From positions 224,001 through 288,000 of the forward strand of contig CAWCBP010000008.1 of NCBI GenBank assembly GCA_963793865.1: 64,000 nt of DNA, in the 5' to 3' direction. Below, piece by piece: positions 1 through 11,853 of this stretch. The DNA comes from an uncultured delta proteobacterium (GTDB lineage: Bacteria; Desulfobacterota; WTBG01). The translations under genes were made by a program, and so were the position numbers. The first letter of the stretch is position 1, and the number at the start of each line of letters is the position of its first letter. Under the pieces are notes generated by a model that had not been told where the DNA came from, did not search any database, and was given only the letters and a program-made list of their open reading frames with translations.

Positions 1-92
1 ATAGACAGCAGGGGGCATTCTTGCATTACCACAAAATGGATGCGGATGGGTAAGCTGCTTCAATCATGACCCGGCCACGGGGCCAATCCCAT

Positions 93-1013
93 TTATTTCT
101 TGGCCAGGACGGTCTGAGGGATGTGGGTATTCAGGATGTAGTGCACGGGGTTAACGGTCTTTTGGTTCTCGTACACCTCATAATGGAGGTGATGGCCGGT
201 GGACATGCCCGTGTTTCCCATGAGGCCTATCAGCTTGCCTCTTTTCACCTTCTGACCTTTTACAACCTTGATTTCGAGCAGATGTCCATAGAGGGTTGTA
301 TAGGTTCCATTATGGTCAATCTCTATGAATCTGCCCACATACGGGTCACGGCCTACCCTGGAAACCGTGCCGTTGGCGGGAGCAATGATGGGCGTACCTC
401 TCCTCGAAGAGATGTCCATGCCCTTATGAAACTGGCGGCGGCCGGTAAAGGGGCTTATCCTCCAGCCAAAACCGGAAGTGACAAAGAACCTGTCAGTCTC
501 CACCGGTAAAATTGAAGGCTTGGTGTCCCATCGGCTCTTGCGGTCAATTAGGACATCAACGATTCCTTCCAGGTTTCTGTTCAGGGTCAGGGCCCGTTCC
601 ACAGGCGTCCGGCTGCCGGCAGATTCATCAGGCAGGTATGGTTTTGTCGGTTCAGACGTGATGGTTGGTGCGTCATCCGGAGTATCAGAAAACCCTCCAC
701 CCTGGCCCAACCGCCCCACGTTTGCCCCTGCCTTGCCCAGTCCTAAAAAATCCTCGATGAACGATTCATTTTTTTCAATTTCTTCAACTACTTTGGCTGT
801 TTTCTCCAGCTCGTCTCTCTCGTCCTTCAGCTTGCTGTTTTCTTTCCTTAATTTATTATTTTCAAGATACTTGAGAATGGCAATACAATCACCAATGATA
901 AAAATAAGGACGACAAAAATAACGCTGTAAAACGTGCCGATGTGCAATGAAAAATGCCTCGATTTGCCTGCCTGGGGCGGAGAAATAAAAACAGTATATT
1001 GATTATTCAGCAT
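93..1013 (-). CDS. M23 family metallopeptidase (MepM/NlpD-like) with N-terminal TM segment and coiled coil
   Basis: HKGMD (HxxxD) and HLHYEV (HxH) zinc motifs; GFGWRISPF; hydrophobic N-terminal anchor. Confidence 0.93.
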   Translation of the reverse strand: MLNNQYTVFISPPQAGKSRHFSLHIGTFYSVIFVVLIFIIGDCIAILKYLENNKLRKENSKLKDERDELEKTAKVVEEIEKNESFIEDFLGLGKAGANVGRLGQGGGFSDTPDDAPTITSEPTKPYLPDESAGSRTPVERALTLNRNLEGIVDVLIDRKSRWDTKPSILPVETDRFFVTSGFGWRISPFTGRRQFHKGMDISSRRGTPIIAPANGTVSRVGRDPYVGRFIEIDHNGTYTTLYGHLLEIKVVKGQKVKRGKLIGLMGNTGMSTGHHLHYEVYENQKTVNPVHYILNTHIPQTVLAKK

Positions 1014-1130
1014 GACACCTCCTTTCTCTGGACGGTGAGCTATGAAATCGGGAAGAGAAATTAATGAGGAATATTAATAATTATTATACTATTTTGTTTC
1101 TGACCGCATTTAATTCAAAAACGTATAGCC

Positions 1131-1186
1131 TGTCAAGCAATTTTTTTGACGGCGTGTATTTATGTCCGGGATAAAAATGCTTGACA
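1131..1186. promoter_or_regulatory. Inverted repeat carrying a TTGACA -35 hexamer on each strand; candidate promoter pair for the divergent M23 peptidase and dprA genes
   Basis: TGTCAAGCA at 1131-1139 and TGCTTGACA at 1178-1186 in an AT-rich intergenic gap; matching -10 boxes are weak. Confidence 0.3.
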
Positions 1187-1310
1187 AGAAAGTGGCATTT
1201 TGATGTAGATAGGCGGGCATGATCCTTGCTGCAGGTACAATCGGGAAAGGGTACCCCATAAAAGGGGTGGCCTCAGCGCACGCGAGCTTTTTTTAAGGTG
1301 ATCCCGGCAG

Positions 1311-2417
1311 ATGCAACAGGACATATATCATTGGCTGGCCTTAAGTTTTGTTGAAGGTCTGGGCAGCATAGGCTATCGAAATCTGATCAAGCGGTTCCAC
1401 ACCCCCGGCGGTGTGTTTAAAGCTACTTCAGCCGATTTGGAAAAGGTTGAAGGGATGCGGAGCAAGGTCATAACCGGCATAAAGGAGTTTAAACAGGCTG
1501 CCCGGGTTGAACGTGAACTGGAACTGATGCAGAAACACGGGGTACAGCTGGTACCGTTCGTCGATGATGCCTATCCTGCCAACCTGCTCAACATCTATGA
1601 CCCCCCTCCCTGCGTCTATGTCAAGGGAGAACTCAGGAGGGAGGATTCGCGTGCCGTGGCGGTGGTCGGATCGCGTTTTGCCAGCAGCTATGGAAAGATG
1701 ATTACCGAGCGAATATCGCGGGACATAGCGCAACAGGGTATCACTATTGTAAGCGGCATGGCCCGGGGTATAGATGCGAGCGCACACCGGGGTGCGCTGT
1801 CAGTAAAGGGGAGGACCATTGCGGTGCTGGGATGCGGGATTGATGTTGATTATCCCCGGGAAAACAAAACGTTAAAAGATGAGATTGCCGCCTGTGGCGC
1901 GGTGGTTTCCGAGCTGCCCATGTCCACGGCTCCCGCGGCCGGCCACTTTCCCAGGCGAAACCGGATCATCAGCGGCATGTCCCTTGGAGTGGTAGTGGTG
2001 GAGGCAAGTCACCACAGCGGTTCCCTCATTACCGCCCGCCTGGCGCTGGAACAGGGAAGGGATGTGTTTGCCGTCCCCGGCAGCATCGACTCGCCCCGGA
2101 GCAGGGGAACCCATAAGCTTATCAAGGATGGTGCCAAACTGGTTGAGGATGCCGGTGATATCCTTTCCGAGCTTGTGCCGGAGGCCGGATTCTGCCCGCG
2201 GCAGGACTGCGGCCGGGAAGCGGCCGGCGGGCACGGGTTAAGCAGGGAATCAGGGGCGGTCCTTGCCCTGCTGGCCGGCGAGCAGATGCACATCGACATC
2301 ATCATCGCCGGGTCCGGGCTTAGCAGCAGCCAGGTATCCGCCGCCCTTCTGGACCTGGAACTCAGGGGATTCATCAGGCATCTTCCCGGCAAACATTTTA
2401 TGCGAACATGCACCTAA
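1311..2417 (+). CDS. dprA: DNA-processing protein DprA
   Basis: VAVVGSR, VSGMARGID, FPRRNRIISG, SGSLITA, GTHKLIKDGAKLV; C-terminal winged helix; adjacent to topA. Confidence 0.97.
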   Translation: MQQDIYHWLALSFVEGLGSIGYRNLIKRFHTPGGVFKATSADLEKVEGMRSKVITGIKEFKQAARVERELELMQKHGVQLVPFVDDAYPANLLNIYDPPPCVYVKGELRREDSRAVAVVGSRFASSYGKMITERISRDIAQQGITIVSGMARGIDASAHRGALSVKGRTIAVLGCGIDVDYPRENKTLKDEIAACGAVVSELPMSTAPAAGHFPRRNRIISGMSLGVVVVEASHHSGSLITARLALEQGRDVFAVPGSIDSPRSRGTHKLIKDGAKLVEDAGDILSELVPEAGFCPRQDCGREAAGGHGLSRESGAVLALLAGEQMHIDIIIAGSGLSSSQVSAALLDLELRGFIRHLPGKHFMRTCT

Positions 2418-2450
2418 TGCAACCATATGAAAGGAGTTTACCGATAACCG

Positions 2451-4763
2451 ATGACTACCCATTCACCTGCACTTATCGTGGTCGAATCGCCTACCAAGGC
2501 CAAAACCCTGGGCCAGTTTTTAGGCAAGCAGTATGAGGTCGTGGCCTGCATGGGGCATGTCAGGGCCCTGCCCAGCAAGTCGGGATCAGTGGACATCAGC
2601 AAGGATTTTGAACCCCGGTACGCGGTTCTGCCGCAGAGCAAAAAGCACCTTGAGAAAATAGAAAAAGCCCTTCGCCATTGCGGCACCGTGTATCTCGCCA
2701 CTGATATGGACCGGGAAGGAGAGGCCATCTCCTGGCACCTGACGGTGAGCCTGGGGCTGGGCAACGGGGCGCCGCCTTCCCGGAAAGGCAAGCCGCTTGA
2801 TGTCAAAAGAATCGTATTCCACGAAATCACCAGGGAGGCCATCGAGGAAGCCCTCAAGAATCCCCGGGCCATTTCCACCCCGCTGGTGGACGCGCAGCAG
2901 GCCCGGGTGGTGCTTGACTACCTCTACGGCTTTAATCTGAGCCCGCTGCTCTGGAAGAAGATCAGGCCGGGGCTCTCGGCCGGGCGGGTGCAGTCAGTGG
3001 CGCTGCGCCTGATCTGTGAGCGGGAGGGGGAGATTCAGGCGTTTATACCCCAGGAGTACTGGACGGTACGCGCGGATCTCTCGACCCAACCTGATGAAGC
3101 CGGAAGCCATGACTTTTCCGCCGAACTGGTTGAAATGGACGGCGGGAAGCTGGACAAGTTCCAGATCGGGAATCAGGCGGCTGCCGATGCCATCGCGGGA
3201 CGCCTCGAAGGCGCCGCCTATGCGGTAAAGGAAATACGGCGCAAGGAAGTGAAGCGCAATCCCGCTCCCCCGTTTACCACCAGCACCCTTCAGCAGGAAG
3301 CCTCCCGGAAGCTGCGATTCTCAGCCAAGAAGACCATGTCCATCGCCCAAAAGCTCTATGAAGGGATCGCCCTGGATGAGGGGATGAAGGGGCTGATCAC
3401 CTACATGCGTACTGACAGCGTCCACCTGGCTGAAAGCGCGATGTACAGCATCAAGGAAAAAATCCTGGCATTGTATGGAAAGCCCTTTTGCCTGAAGCAC
3501 CCCCGCGTGTTCAAGCAAAAATCGAAGAATGCCCAGGAGGCCCACGAGGCCATTCGCCCGACCGACATCACCCTCACCCCGGAAGAGCTGCATGCGCACC
3601 TGACGCCTGATCAGTATAAGCTGTATGAGCTTATCTGGAAGCGGACCATCGCCTGCCAGATGGCACAGGCCGTGCTCGATGCGGTTGCGGTGGACATAGC
3701 GGCAGGGGCACACTTCATTTTCAGGGCCACGGGGTCTACCGTGGTGTTCCCCGGGTTCATGAAGGTGTACACAGAAGGGAAGGATGATGATGGGAATGAC
3801 AAGGATGCGATGCTTCCTCAGCTCAAAGAGGGACAGGAGCTGCTCCTGAAGGCCCTGGTGCCGGAGCAGCATTTTACCCAGCCGCCCCCCCGCTATACAG
3901 AGGCGACGCTGGTGAAGACGCTGGAGGATTACGGCATTGGAAGGCCGTCCACCTACGCCAGCATCATTGAGATCCTCAAGACCAGGAGGTATGCTACCAT
4001 TGCCGACAGAAGGTTTTTCCCCGAAGACCTGGGCATAACCGTCAACGGGCTGCTGGTGAACCACTTCCCGCGATATGTGGACTATCAGTTTACCGCACAC
4101 CTTGAGGAGGAGCTGGATGAAATCGCGCGCGGCGAGATGGAGTGGAAGCCGGTGGTGCGCAATTTCTGGAAGCCCTTTATCAACCTGATCGGGCAGAAGG
4201 AGACTGAAATCAAACGACACGAAATCATCACCGAAAAAACAGACGAGGTGTGTCCCCAATGCGGGAAAAACCTCATTATCCGGCTGGGGCGCTACGGGAA
4301 GTTTTTGGGCTGCGAGGGGTACCCCGGGTGCCGGTTCATCCGGTCGTTTGCCTCCAAGGAAAACGGCGGGAGCGGGCAGGATGCGGGGACCGGGGAAGCC
4401 TGCGAGAAATGCGGCAAGCCCATGGTTGTAAAAGAGGGGCGCTACGGCAGGTTTCTTGCCTGTTCCGGATATCCCGATTGCAGGACCATCAAGTCGCTCA
4501 ACAAGCCGGTTCCCACGGGCATCAAATGTCCGGTGTGCGCCGAGGGGGAAGTGATCGAGAAAAAAACCAGGAGAAATCGCGTCTTTTACGGCTGCTCCCG
4601 CTACCCCCAGTGTTCATTTGCCACCTGGCACAAGCCGGTGAATGAACCCTGCCCGCTGTGCGGAAGCCCCTTCCTGGTGGAAAAAGAGAGTAAGCGCTAC
4701 GGAGTTGTGGTGAGTTGTGCGACAAAGGACTGCGGCTATAAGAAAAAACTTTCCGAGGCCTGA
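2451..4763 (+). CDS. topA: DNA topoisomerase I with C-terminal zinc ribbons
   Basis: IVVESPTKAK, ATDMDREGE (TOPRIM), SAGRVQS, LITYMRTDS (catalytic Tyr), QEAHEAIRPT, GIGRPSTY; repeated CxxC ribbons. Confidence 0.98.
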   Translation: MTTHSPALIVVESPTKAKTLGQFLGKQYEVVACMGHVRALPSKSGSVDISKDFEPRYAVLPQSKKHLEKIEKALRHCGTVYLATDMDREGEAISWHLTVSLGLGNGAPPSRKGKPLDVKRIVFHEITREAIEEALKNPRAISTPLVDAQQARVVLDYLYGFNLSPLLWKKIRPGLSAGRVQSVALRLICEREGEIQAFIPQEYWTVRADLSTQPDEAGSHDFSAELVEMDGGKLDKFQIGNQAAADAIAGRLEGAAYAVKEIRRKEVKRNPAPPFTTSTLQQEASRKLRFSAKKTMSIAQKLYEGIALDEGMKGLITYMRTDSVHLAESAMYSIKEKILALYGKPFCLKHPRVFKQKSKNAQEAHEAIRPTDITLTPEELHAHLTPDQYKLYELIWKRTIACQMAQAVLDAVAVDIAAGAHFIFRATGSTVVFPGFMKVYTEGKDDDGNDKDAMLPQLKEGQELLLKALVPEQHFTQPPPRYTEATLVKTLEDYGIGRPSTYASIIEILKTRRYATIADRRFFPEDLGITVNGLLVNHFPRYVDYQFTAHLEEELDEIARGEMEWKPVVRNFWKPFINLIGQKETEIKRHEIITEKTDEVCPQCGKNLIIRLGRYGKFLGCEGYPGCRFIRSFASKENGGSGQDAGTGEACEKCGKPMVVKEGRYGRFLACSGYPDCRTIKSLNKPVPTGIKCPVCAEGEVIEKKTRRNRVFYGCSRYPQCSFATWHKPVNEPCPLCGSPFLVEKESKRYGVVVSCATKDCGYKKKLSEA

Positions 4764-6550
4764 GCGCTCCAGCCCGTGCCCGTGTAAGCGGCCGGCGGCG
4801 CGCCTGGTGCCATCATGCCTTCTGGTCTTCTGCCTCCTTGCCGGCACGGCCTTTGCGGGAGCTGAAAACCTCGCGTATCCAATCCCCGATGCCGGCTATT
4901 CCGATGAGCTGCCCCGTTTCTTCTTGCCCGCGCTTGAAAAAATCAGGCTGATTGTATATCCCGTTTTGGGCTGCCCGGCCCTGGTGGCGACAGGTGAATC
5001 CCTGGGCGTGGTGGTTAAACGGGAGGATGGCGGGGCAACGCATGACTGGATGCTGCGCATCGCCACTCATGATCCGGTCAGCCAATCGTATACCCTGCCC
5101 GTGACAGAGGGCACCTATGACAGTGCCTCCGGCTGTTACCTGCTGAAAGGCACTGTTCCCCCGTACGCTCCGCGCGATATCTTCGACTGTGCCATCAGCA
5201 GTCAGACCGCACATGTCTCGGACATCCAGCCCAATGCCGTACGAGTGGTAAAGGCCTATGGCGAAAGCTACCGCTTTGTCCACCTGACGGATGTACACGT
5301 GGGCGACCCCCGCACGTATGTTCAGGAACGCCGCCCGGAAAACAGGTACGGTGCGCCTGCGATGACGGTAGAGCGGATCCTCAAGGAGCTCTCGTTTCTC
5401 GATCCGGAGTTCATCGTGGTAAGCGGTGACCTGGTGTTCGGCGGGCCGTATTCCCCCGAGTACACCTGGGCCTTCGAGCTCCTGAGCCGCTTTTCCCTTC
5501 CCCTGTTCCTGGTACCGGGGAATCATGACGGTTATGCGAGCGGAGGGGGAATTTTCAGAGACGGTTTGGAGTACTGGAAGCAGATGATCGGTCCTCCATA
5601 CTATTCTTTTAATTATGGCGACAAGCAGCATTTTGCCTGTATCAACAGCTATGATGGCCCGGCTGCCCGGCGCGAGGGCTGGTATGTTGCCGTTCAGCAG
5701 TGGGGAGGGGCCATGGGCCTGGATCAGCTGGCATGGCTGGAGCAGGATCTGCTCAGCGCTCGTGAAGCGGGAAGAAACACGATTATGGTTGCGCACCATG
5801 ACCCGCGGGGGAATGTCCATGGATTCGGCGGAGAAACCAGCCCGGCGGATGAGGACGGCGATGGTTATGCGGAGGCCCTGCAATTGCCTGACATGTTTTC
5901 TTACCAGGAGTGGAACGACAGGGAAAGCGGTCAGGCCCTTGTCAATCTCATCACGGAAAACAATGCATATGCCGCCGATCACCCCGGGACAGGATCCATA
6001 ACCCATGTTTTGATGGGTCATGTGCATGGTGATTTTATCGACCGGGACGGGGACAGCGGGACCTGGTGGGTGCACACCACCTCGGCGGGAAGCGCGGTTA
6101 ACAGCAAGGACGATTTTTTGGGCTACCGGGTCATAGCCGTCGAGGACGGCCGTGTTGTCAGTCTGAATCGCACCGCTCCCGAAGGGGTGGAACTCCCCCC
6201 GGGAGACAATGATGACGGCAATAATCAGGGGTGGGGACTACCAGTCATGTGCGGGTAATAATGTAATCATCACCACGGTCAGGGGACCCAATGATGGAAC
6301 ATCGGCGGTGGTAACCCAGGAAATAGCCAATTATTCAAGCACTGCCGTTTCAGGGGTGTTGAAATTCTATGTGCCGCTGATTGAAGGCCTTGATGACGGA
6401 CGGAACGGCTATGGTTATGCCGTTTTTGGCGGCGCCGTTCGTGACATAGCCCGTGGCGATGGAAACCGGTTGGTGGTGTATGTCGAAGCCGGGGTTGCCC
6501 CTGGTGAACACAGGCGGGTTACGGTACAACCGGGAGAATCGGGGCCATAA
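4717..6550 (+). CDS. Secreted calcineurin-like metallophosphoesterase with N- and C-terminal beta domains; one frameshift near 6234; true start uncertain
   Basis: DVH, GDLV, GNHD, HH, GHVH motifs; signal-like LLVFCLLAGTAFA; ORF 6209..6550 continues the protein after a G run. Confidence 0.8.
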
Positions 6551-6647
6551 CGGCTGCCGGGGTTGGACAGCGTTTCACGTGCGGCATCATGCGGCACGTT
6601 TGTTTCAGCGCAGGGTATTCTGCAGCCGGGAAAGATCAGCCTGCCGC

Positions 6648-9600
6648 TCATTCATAGGGTTTGAGCAGCTCCATCAGCTTGGGGTCAACGGCGGCTCCAA
6701 GCTCAATCGCCCTCTTGCAGTGGATCATCGCCTCCCTGTACTGCTTGTTATAGTAATAGGCGATGGCAAGATGGTAGTGGGCTTTGGCGTAAGCGGGATT
6801 AATGGCCACTGCCTGTTTGAGTTCGGAGATGGCTTGATCCAGCTGTTGTGATTTGCGGTAGGCTATTCCTAAATTATAATGTGCCTCCGCAAAGTTCGGC
6901 CATATGTCCGTTGCCCTCTCGTACGCCGCGATTGCTTTGACCAATTCCCCCTGCTTAATGTACGCATTGCCGAGATTGTTGTGCGCTTCGGCGAAATCGG
7001 GGTTGATGGACACCGCCCTGGTAAGCTCCTCAACCGCCGCCGCAAGCTCTCTTTTGGCGATGTGCGCATTGCCCAGATTGTTGAGCGCCCGGGCGAAACC
7101 GGGATATATGTCCAGCGCCTTTTTATAGTAAAGAATTGCGGTATCAATATCGCCTGTGCTGCCGTACGAGATTCCCAGATTGTACAGCACGCCGGGCGAG
7201 CGGGGGTTAACCTCCAGCGCTTTGTGATAATAGGCTATGGCCTTATCCGCTTGCCCGATGGCATCGTAAGCGGTGCCCAATCGGTCGTAGACGTAGGTTT
7301 TATCAGGTACGAGGCTGATATTTTTTTCCGCGGTCTCTATTTGCCGGGAAACGCAGCGCTCCATGATGTCCCGGTCGGTAAAAACAGAATAATCATCGAC
7401 CGGTGATCTGCCGCAATAGTCTTCCACCAGTTGAACGAACCGCTCCCTTTGATCGGCGGTTGCCTTTTCAAGATCAACCATATTGCGAAAGGGCTGGTAG
7501 AGGGCAAGGGCAAAGGCGGCGAAGGCTATTTGATCGTCAATGGTGTCGATGGTAGCAAGAACGGAGGCTGTTTCACTGCTGAGCAGGCGGCGGGAAGAGA
7601 GGTTTTTTTCTATGGCGGGATCGTTGGTGTACATGGCCCTCGGAGCCGCAAACTCAAGGAGAGGCCGGTTGTCGGTGTGGAGCGGCCCCGCACCGAACAG
7701 CGCGGGGAGTTCTTCACTGACTATCAGCCGGTAGAGAAGTTCAGGGTTGGATAAACGCATATTGTTCGATTGTCCGGCGTAGGCGATGGCCCCGGCGGCG
7801 GCATCCCGGTTGAATCCCTTTCCCCCCTTAAAACCGATAAACAGATAATCGTTTTCCGGCCTGATGAAACCGGGGGCGGTAGGAAAGGTGGTCATAAGCA
7901 CGCTTTGCGGGAAGACCTCGCTGAACGTTCTCCCCACCAGGGCAAAGGTTTCCCAGTCCATCTGGTAGGAGTGAAACATTTGCACAAATATCCCGTCCTG
8001 CTTAAGCCTGTTCCTGGCCAGGGTGAAGCATTCTTCCGTAAACAGGTTGGCCAGGCCCGCCATCCAGGGATTGGATGGTTCGGCGATGATGACATCATAT
8101 TTCCGGTCGGTCAGCTCCAGGTGGGCGCGGGCATCCTGAATGATGAGCTCTGTTTTTGGATGGGCAAGCACGTTGCTGTTCCAGGCGGTAAAGAAGTTGC
8201 TGGCCGTGACCACCTGCTCGCTGATATCAACAACATCGAGTCGCTCAATGGGATAGAGCAAGCGTTTCGCCCGCGGTTATCCCGCTGGCTAACCCGATGA
8301 CCAGCACCTCCCGGGGGTCCGGATGAAAAAGCAAGTGGAATGTGAGCCAGTAAGCGTTTGGGTCGGCATGTCTCCATGGCTCGACGCATCCCCCTTGCCG
8401 CTATTGACCAGCAGGTATTCGATTTTCACCCAAGAAATTTACTATTTTCATCACCGTCGTGAATCCGCCGATACCGTCTCCGTAGAAAAGAAGACTGGTG
8501 TTCGCCTGATACTGTTCCAGTTTGGACGGTCCTGCTTGTCAGCGCCTCCCACCAGCCGCAGGTCCTGAGTTCGGTGCTGAATTCCTCGAAGCGGTGATAC
8601 CTCCCCATGGCAAGCTGCTGCCGGTTCCAGTGCGGCAGGTAAAAGCAAAGGGTGATGGCGGCGAGGGCCATGACGCCGGCGGGCGTCCACTTCATGATCC
8701 CGGCTTTGCGCTCGGCCGCGAGAAGGTAGCATCCCGCGAACAGCGCGCTGCAGAGCTGAAGACCGGTGACCAGACTTAAGCTGAGTTCCTTGCCCAAAAG
8801 GGGGATCAGCAGGAAACCGGCGCAAAAGGATCCCAGTACGGCCCCGATGGTATTCACCGTGTAGGCGAAGCCTATGGAATGGCCGATCCTGCTGACCGAG
8901 CTGGTGTAGATTTTCCCCACCAGCGGAAAGGTGGCCCCCAGTAATAAGGTAGGGCCGATCATGATGATGAATAGAAATGCCTGCCTTGGCCGCCGCGAGC
9001 AGCGCGAAGCTGGTCTGAAAGTGGTAGATGAGCTTGGCGAAGAAAAACTGGCTGTTGCCCAGAAGCTGGCTGACTCCCAACGCAAGCAGTGCCGCGAAAA
9101 GCTGGGTATAGATTAACAGCCTGAGCGGCTTTGCGGTTCTGTCAGCCATCCGGCCGAACAGGAGGCTCCCGATTCCCAGCCCGGTAATGAACGTGGTCAG
9201 TATAATGGTAAAAGAATAGGTGGTGGGCCCGATGATTAATCCCAGCAGCCTGGTCCAGATTACCTCATATGCCATGGCGCAGAAACCGGACAGGGCGAAA
9301 ATGGAGAGCGTAATGAATCGGTGGCCGGCGGAAGATGCGGGAAGCGCAGCTTCATCCGCGTCGGGCTGTTCCGGGACGGCATTGCTGAGCGGGGGAGCAT
9401 TTTCGTGCGGCCCTTGCCCCAAGCCGATGCTGTTGCTTGCCAGCAGACTGACCGCGCCGATGGCCGCGTTAATGATCACCGCCGAGAGCAGGCTTCCCCA
9501 GACCCCGAACCAGGCTATCAGCCAGAAACCGCACACAAAAGAGCCCGCTGCCGCCCCGATGGTGTTTAACGCATACAGCCGCCCTGAGCGTGTTCCCAGG

Positions 9601-10094
9601 TGGCCCAGCTGAACGATATAAAAGCGGCATAAAATGGGCAAGGTGGCGCCCATGCAGGCGGAAGGCAGGATGAGCAGCACAAGGCATCCGATGAGGGTAA
9701 GCACACTGTAGATTAAAAAGTGGCTGAAAAGCTGGTTGTACAGAAGGCTGTAGAGCGGTTTCGACAGTATTATCAGACCGGGAAGAATGATGCCGTACCC
9801 CCCGATAGCTAATTCCAGGAGAGCGTATAGCTTCAGCAGCCTGCGCGGTTCTCCCACGCGGTCTATGGTTTTGCCGGCAATGAAGCTGCCCAGCCCCAGA
9901 CCGCCCATGAAGACGGTTAGAATGATGCTCACGGCGAAAGGCGCCGCGCCGATGACCTTGACGATCATCCGTGTCCATACGATCTCGTAAATTAATCCGG
10001 TGAGTCCGGAGAAAAAAAAGCAGGTTAAGACCAGCGCAGATATGGAGGCAGGTAAATGCCGCGAAACCCTGTCAGAGATGGATTTGGTTTGCAT
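6648..10094 (-). CDS. Fused MFS-like membrane domain / spermidine synthase-like domain / TPR protein, split by several frameshifts
   Basis: FFFSGLTGLIYEIVWTR and SGFCAMAYEVIWTR duplicated membrane halves; QDARAHL, YDVIIAEPSNPW; C-terminal TPRs (AHNNLGNAY); pieces 8451-10094, 8426-9085, 8111-8389, 6648-8261. Confidence 0.85.
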
Positions 10095-10118
10095 GCGACC
10101 GGCGGAAAAGGTATTGCT

Positions 10119-10683
10119 TTATTTTGAGTGGATGGTAAAAGAGGCCGGTTTGATGATCGCGTCAAAAACTTTTCCGTTACCCCCGACGACGGTATCAAAA
10201 CCCTGGATGGGCTTCAACTCGATGGGCTTGGTGCATTTGTCCTTGCAACTGCATTGCACTTTGGCGATGATGATGTCTCCCTTCTTGTCCGGTTTGACAT
10301 TGCCGAGGTTGCCGACAATAACCATGTATGCTCCCGGACCGCCCGGATTTGCCACCACCCTGCTCATGGCGCTATCCCAGGGACCCGGCGGTGCCGTACC
10401 GTCATAAACATCGATCTTGACAATGCTCACTTGTGACGGATCGTAGGTAAGCCAGAAGCCCGCGGTGATCAATTCCTCAGGCACATCTTTAACCCAGACG
10501 TCCACCGACATCTCTTTCCCGGCATCTTTGACACCCTTCTGGTCAAAACTTTTCAAGCCGGCTGCACGCGCCGCCGGGGTTGCCCTTCTCAAGCTGATCA
10601 ACGGCATACTCGATTCCTGAAACAGATGATAGTGCGAATAAAAGGGATACGAGCGGTACGAACCACATAACTAATCTTTTCAT
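10119..10683 (-). CDS. Secreted cohesin-like beta-sandwich protein (frameshift near 10560)
   Basis: ATG at 10683 with AAAGGAG upstream gives signal peptide MKRLVMWFVPLVSLLFALSSVSG; downstream VDVWV...GFWLTYDPSQVSIV resembles cohesin-like domains. Confidence 0.6.
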
Positions 10684-10809
10684 TTCAGATCTCCTTTCGG
10701 GCCATTAGGCAATGTGCTTTCACATACAAACCCTGATCACACCAATCGGCCGAAAGCGCTCTGCAGGGTCATATGGCAAAGACATCGGGACCACAAAGCA
10801 TGTTCCGGT

Positions 10810-11559
10810 TCAAGGGGCTGACAGCAAAAAAGCCGGTATGAGGGGGGCAATGAAAAGAGGTTGAGTCTTGTCATAGCTGCCCAGCTTAAAACCATACGCG
10901 TCATCTTTACGTATAATGTACGCAACATCAACCGATTTTCTTTCTTCTCCATGAACTGGTAGGCGTGCGGCTGGCCAAAGGTTACCGGGCCCTGTTTTGT
11001 GATGATTTCCAGTGCCCCTGCATCATTCACCTTTAATCCTTCCACGTCCTTGAGCTTGACAGCGATGCTGCCGGGATCTCCTCCGGGCGCAATGGTAAAG
11101 ATCTTTTCCAGATTATCGGTAAAGGCCAGCAATTGCAGCTCAATGCCATCATGAATCGCCCCATAGGATAAACGGTAATAATTCAGATTATCTCCGATCA
11201 ATTGAGCCTTTTTGTTTCATGAAAGCGACCGCAGTTTCCGGGGGTGGTTCAAGCGGGGTAAGAGAGATTTTTTTTTCTGATACTATTTCATTAATAACTA
11301 TGCCGTTTCTGGTGGGAGACGCAAACTTATAGGTGATCATACCCATTTTATCAATATAGATATACCCATCCGAGAGCCTGGCAAAATAGGCTGCCTCTTT
11401 ATTATCAATTTGGCCTTTATTGACAATGAAGGTTACCTGAATGCGGTCAAAGCTCTCCTTCATCCCGGCCGGAGTCGTTTCTTCAGCGATGCCATACGCT
11501 GTTAATACAGGAGAAAATAAAAACATGATAATTATAATCAAATTAAGATGCTTACCCAT
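10810..11559 (-). CDS. Secreted protein consisting only of the N-terminal domain typical of SBBP beta-propeller proteins (DUF7948-like); two frameshifts
   Basis: Signal peptide; FIVNKGQ, IAPGGDP, GALEIIT..GPV, PHAYQ; third frame YGFKLGSYDKTQPLFIAP ending at TGA 10810. Confidence 0.6.
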
Positions 11560-11853
11560 TAAACACAACCCCCTTGCATAAACGTTATAGCTCCTAAGGC
11601 AACGTTGTATTGTATGTTCTCAACTCTTTAAAGTGTTGTTTGCATAACAGATTTATATGTTTTTGTAAAGATAAATTCACCGCGAATCTTTAAAACCAGA
11701 AAACAAGCTAACTACTTAATTCATTTCCTGCAAAGGACGATAAAAGCAACTTCAGCGTGCCCCCTTTACCAATGATAAAAATTATGGTATAAACATAGCA
11801 AATTTTTAGTCGGCATAACAACTGTCTGCTTTTCAAAGAAGGAGGAAGTCGCA

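Noticed and set aside
1215..1295. Possible riboswitch or ncRNA in the dprA leader (TACCCC..GGGGTG hairpin, T-run)
   Set aside because: Only a short stem is present, with no match to a family I can recognise.
3321..4259. 312-aa antisense ORF inside topA (also the long antisense ORFs at 4813-6075, 17816-18901, 19742-20632, 46432-47535 and 57824-58330)
   Set aside because: These are shadow ORFs opposite well-supported genes and have no recognisable motifs.
1311..4763. dprA-topA adjacency as a novelty
   Set aside because: This is a well-known conserved gene arrangement.
11811..11826. Sigma54-like box upstream of 11854
   Set aside because: It reads GG-N10-GT; the invariant -12 GC is missing.
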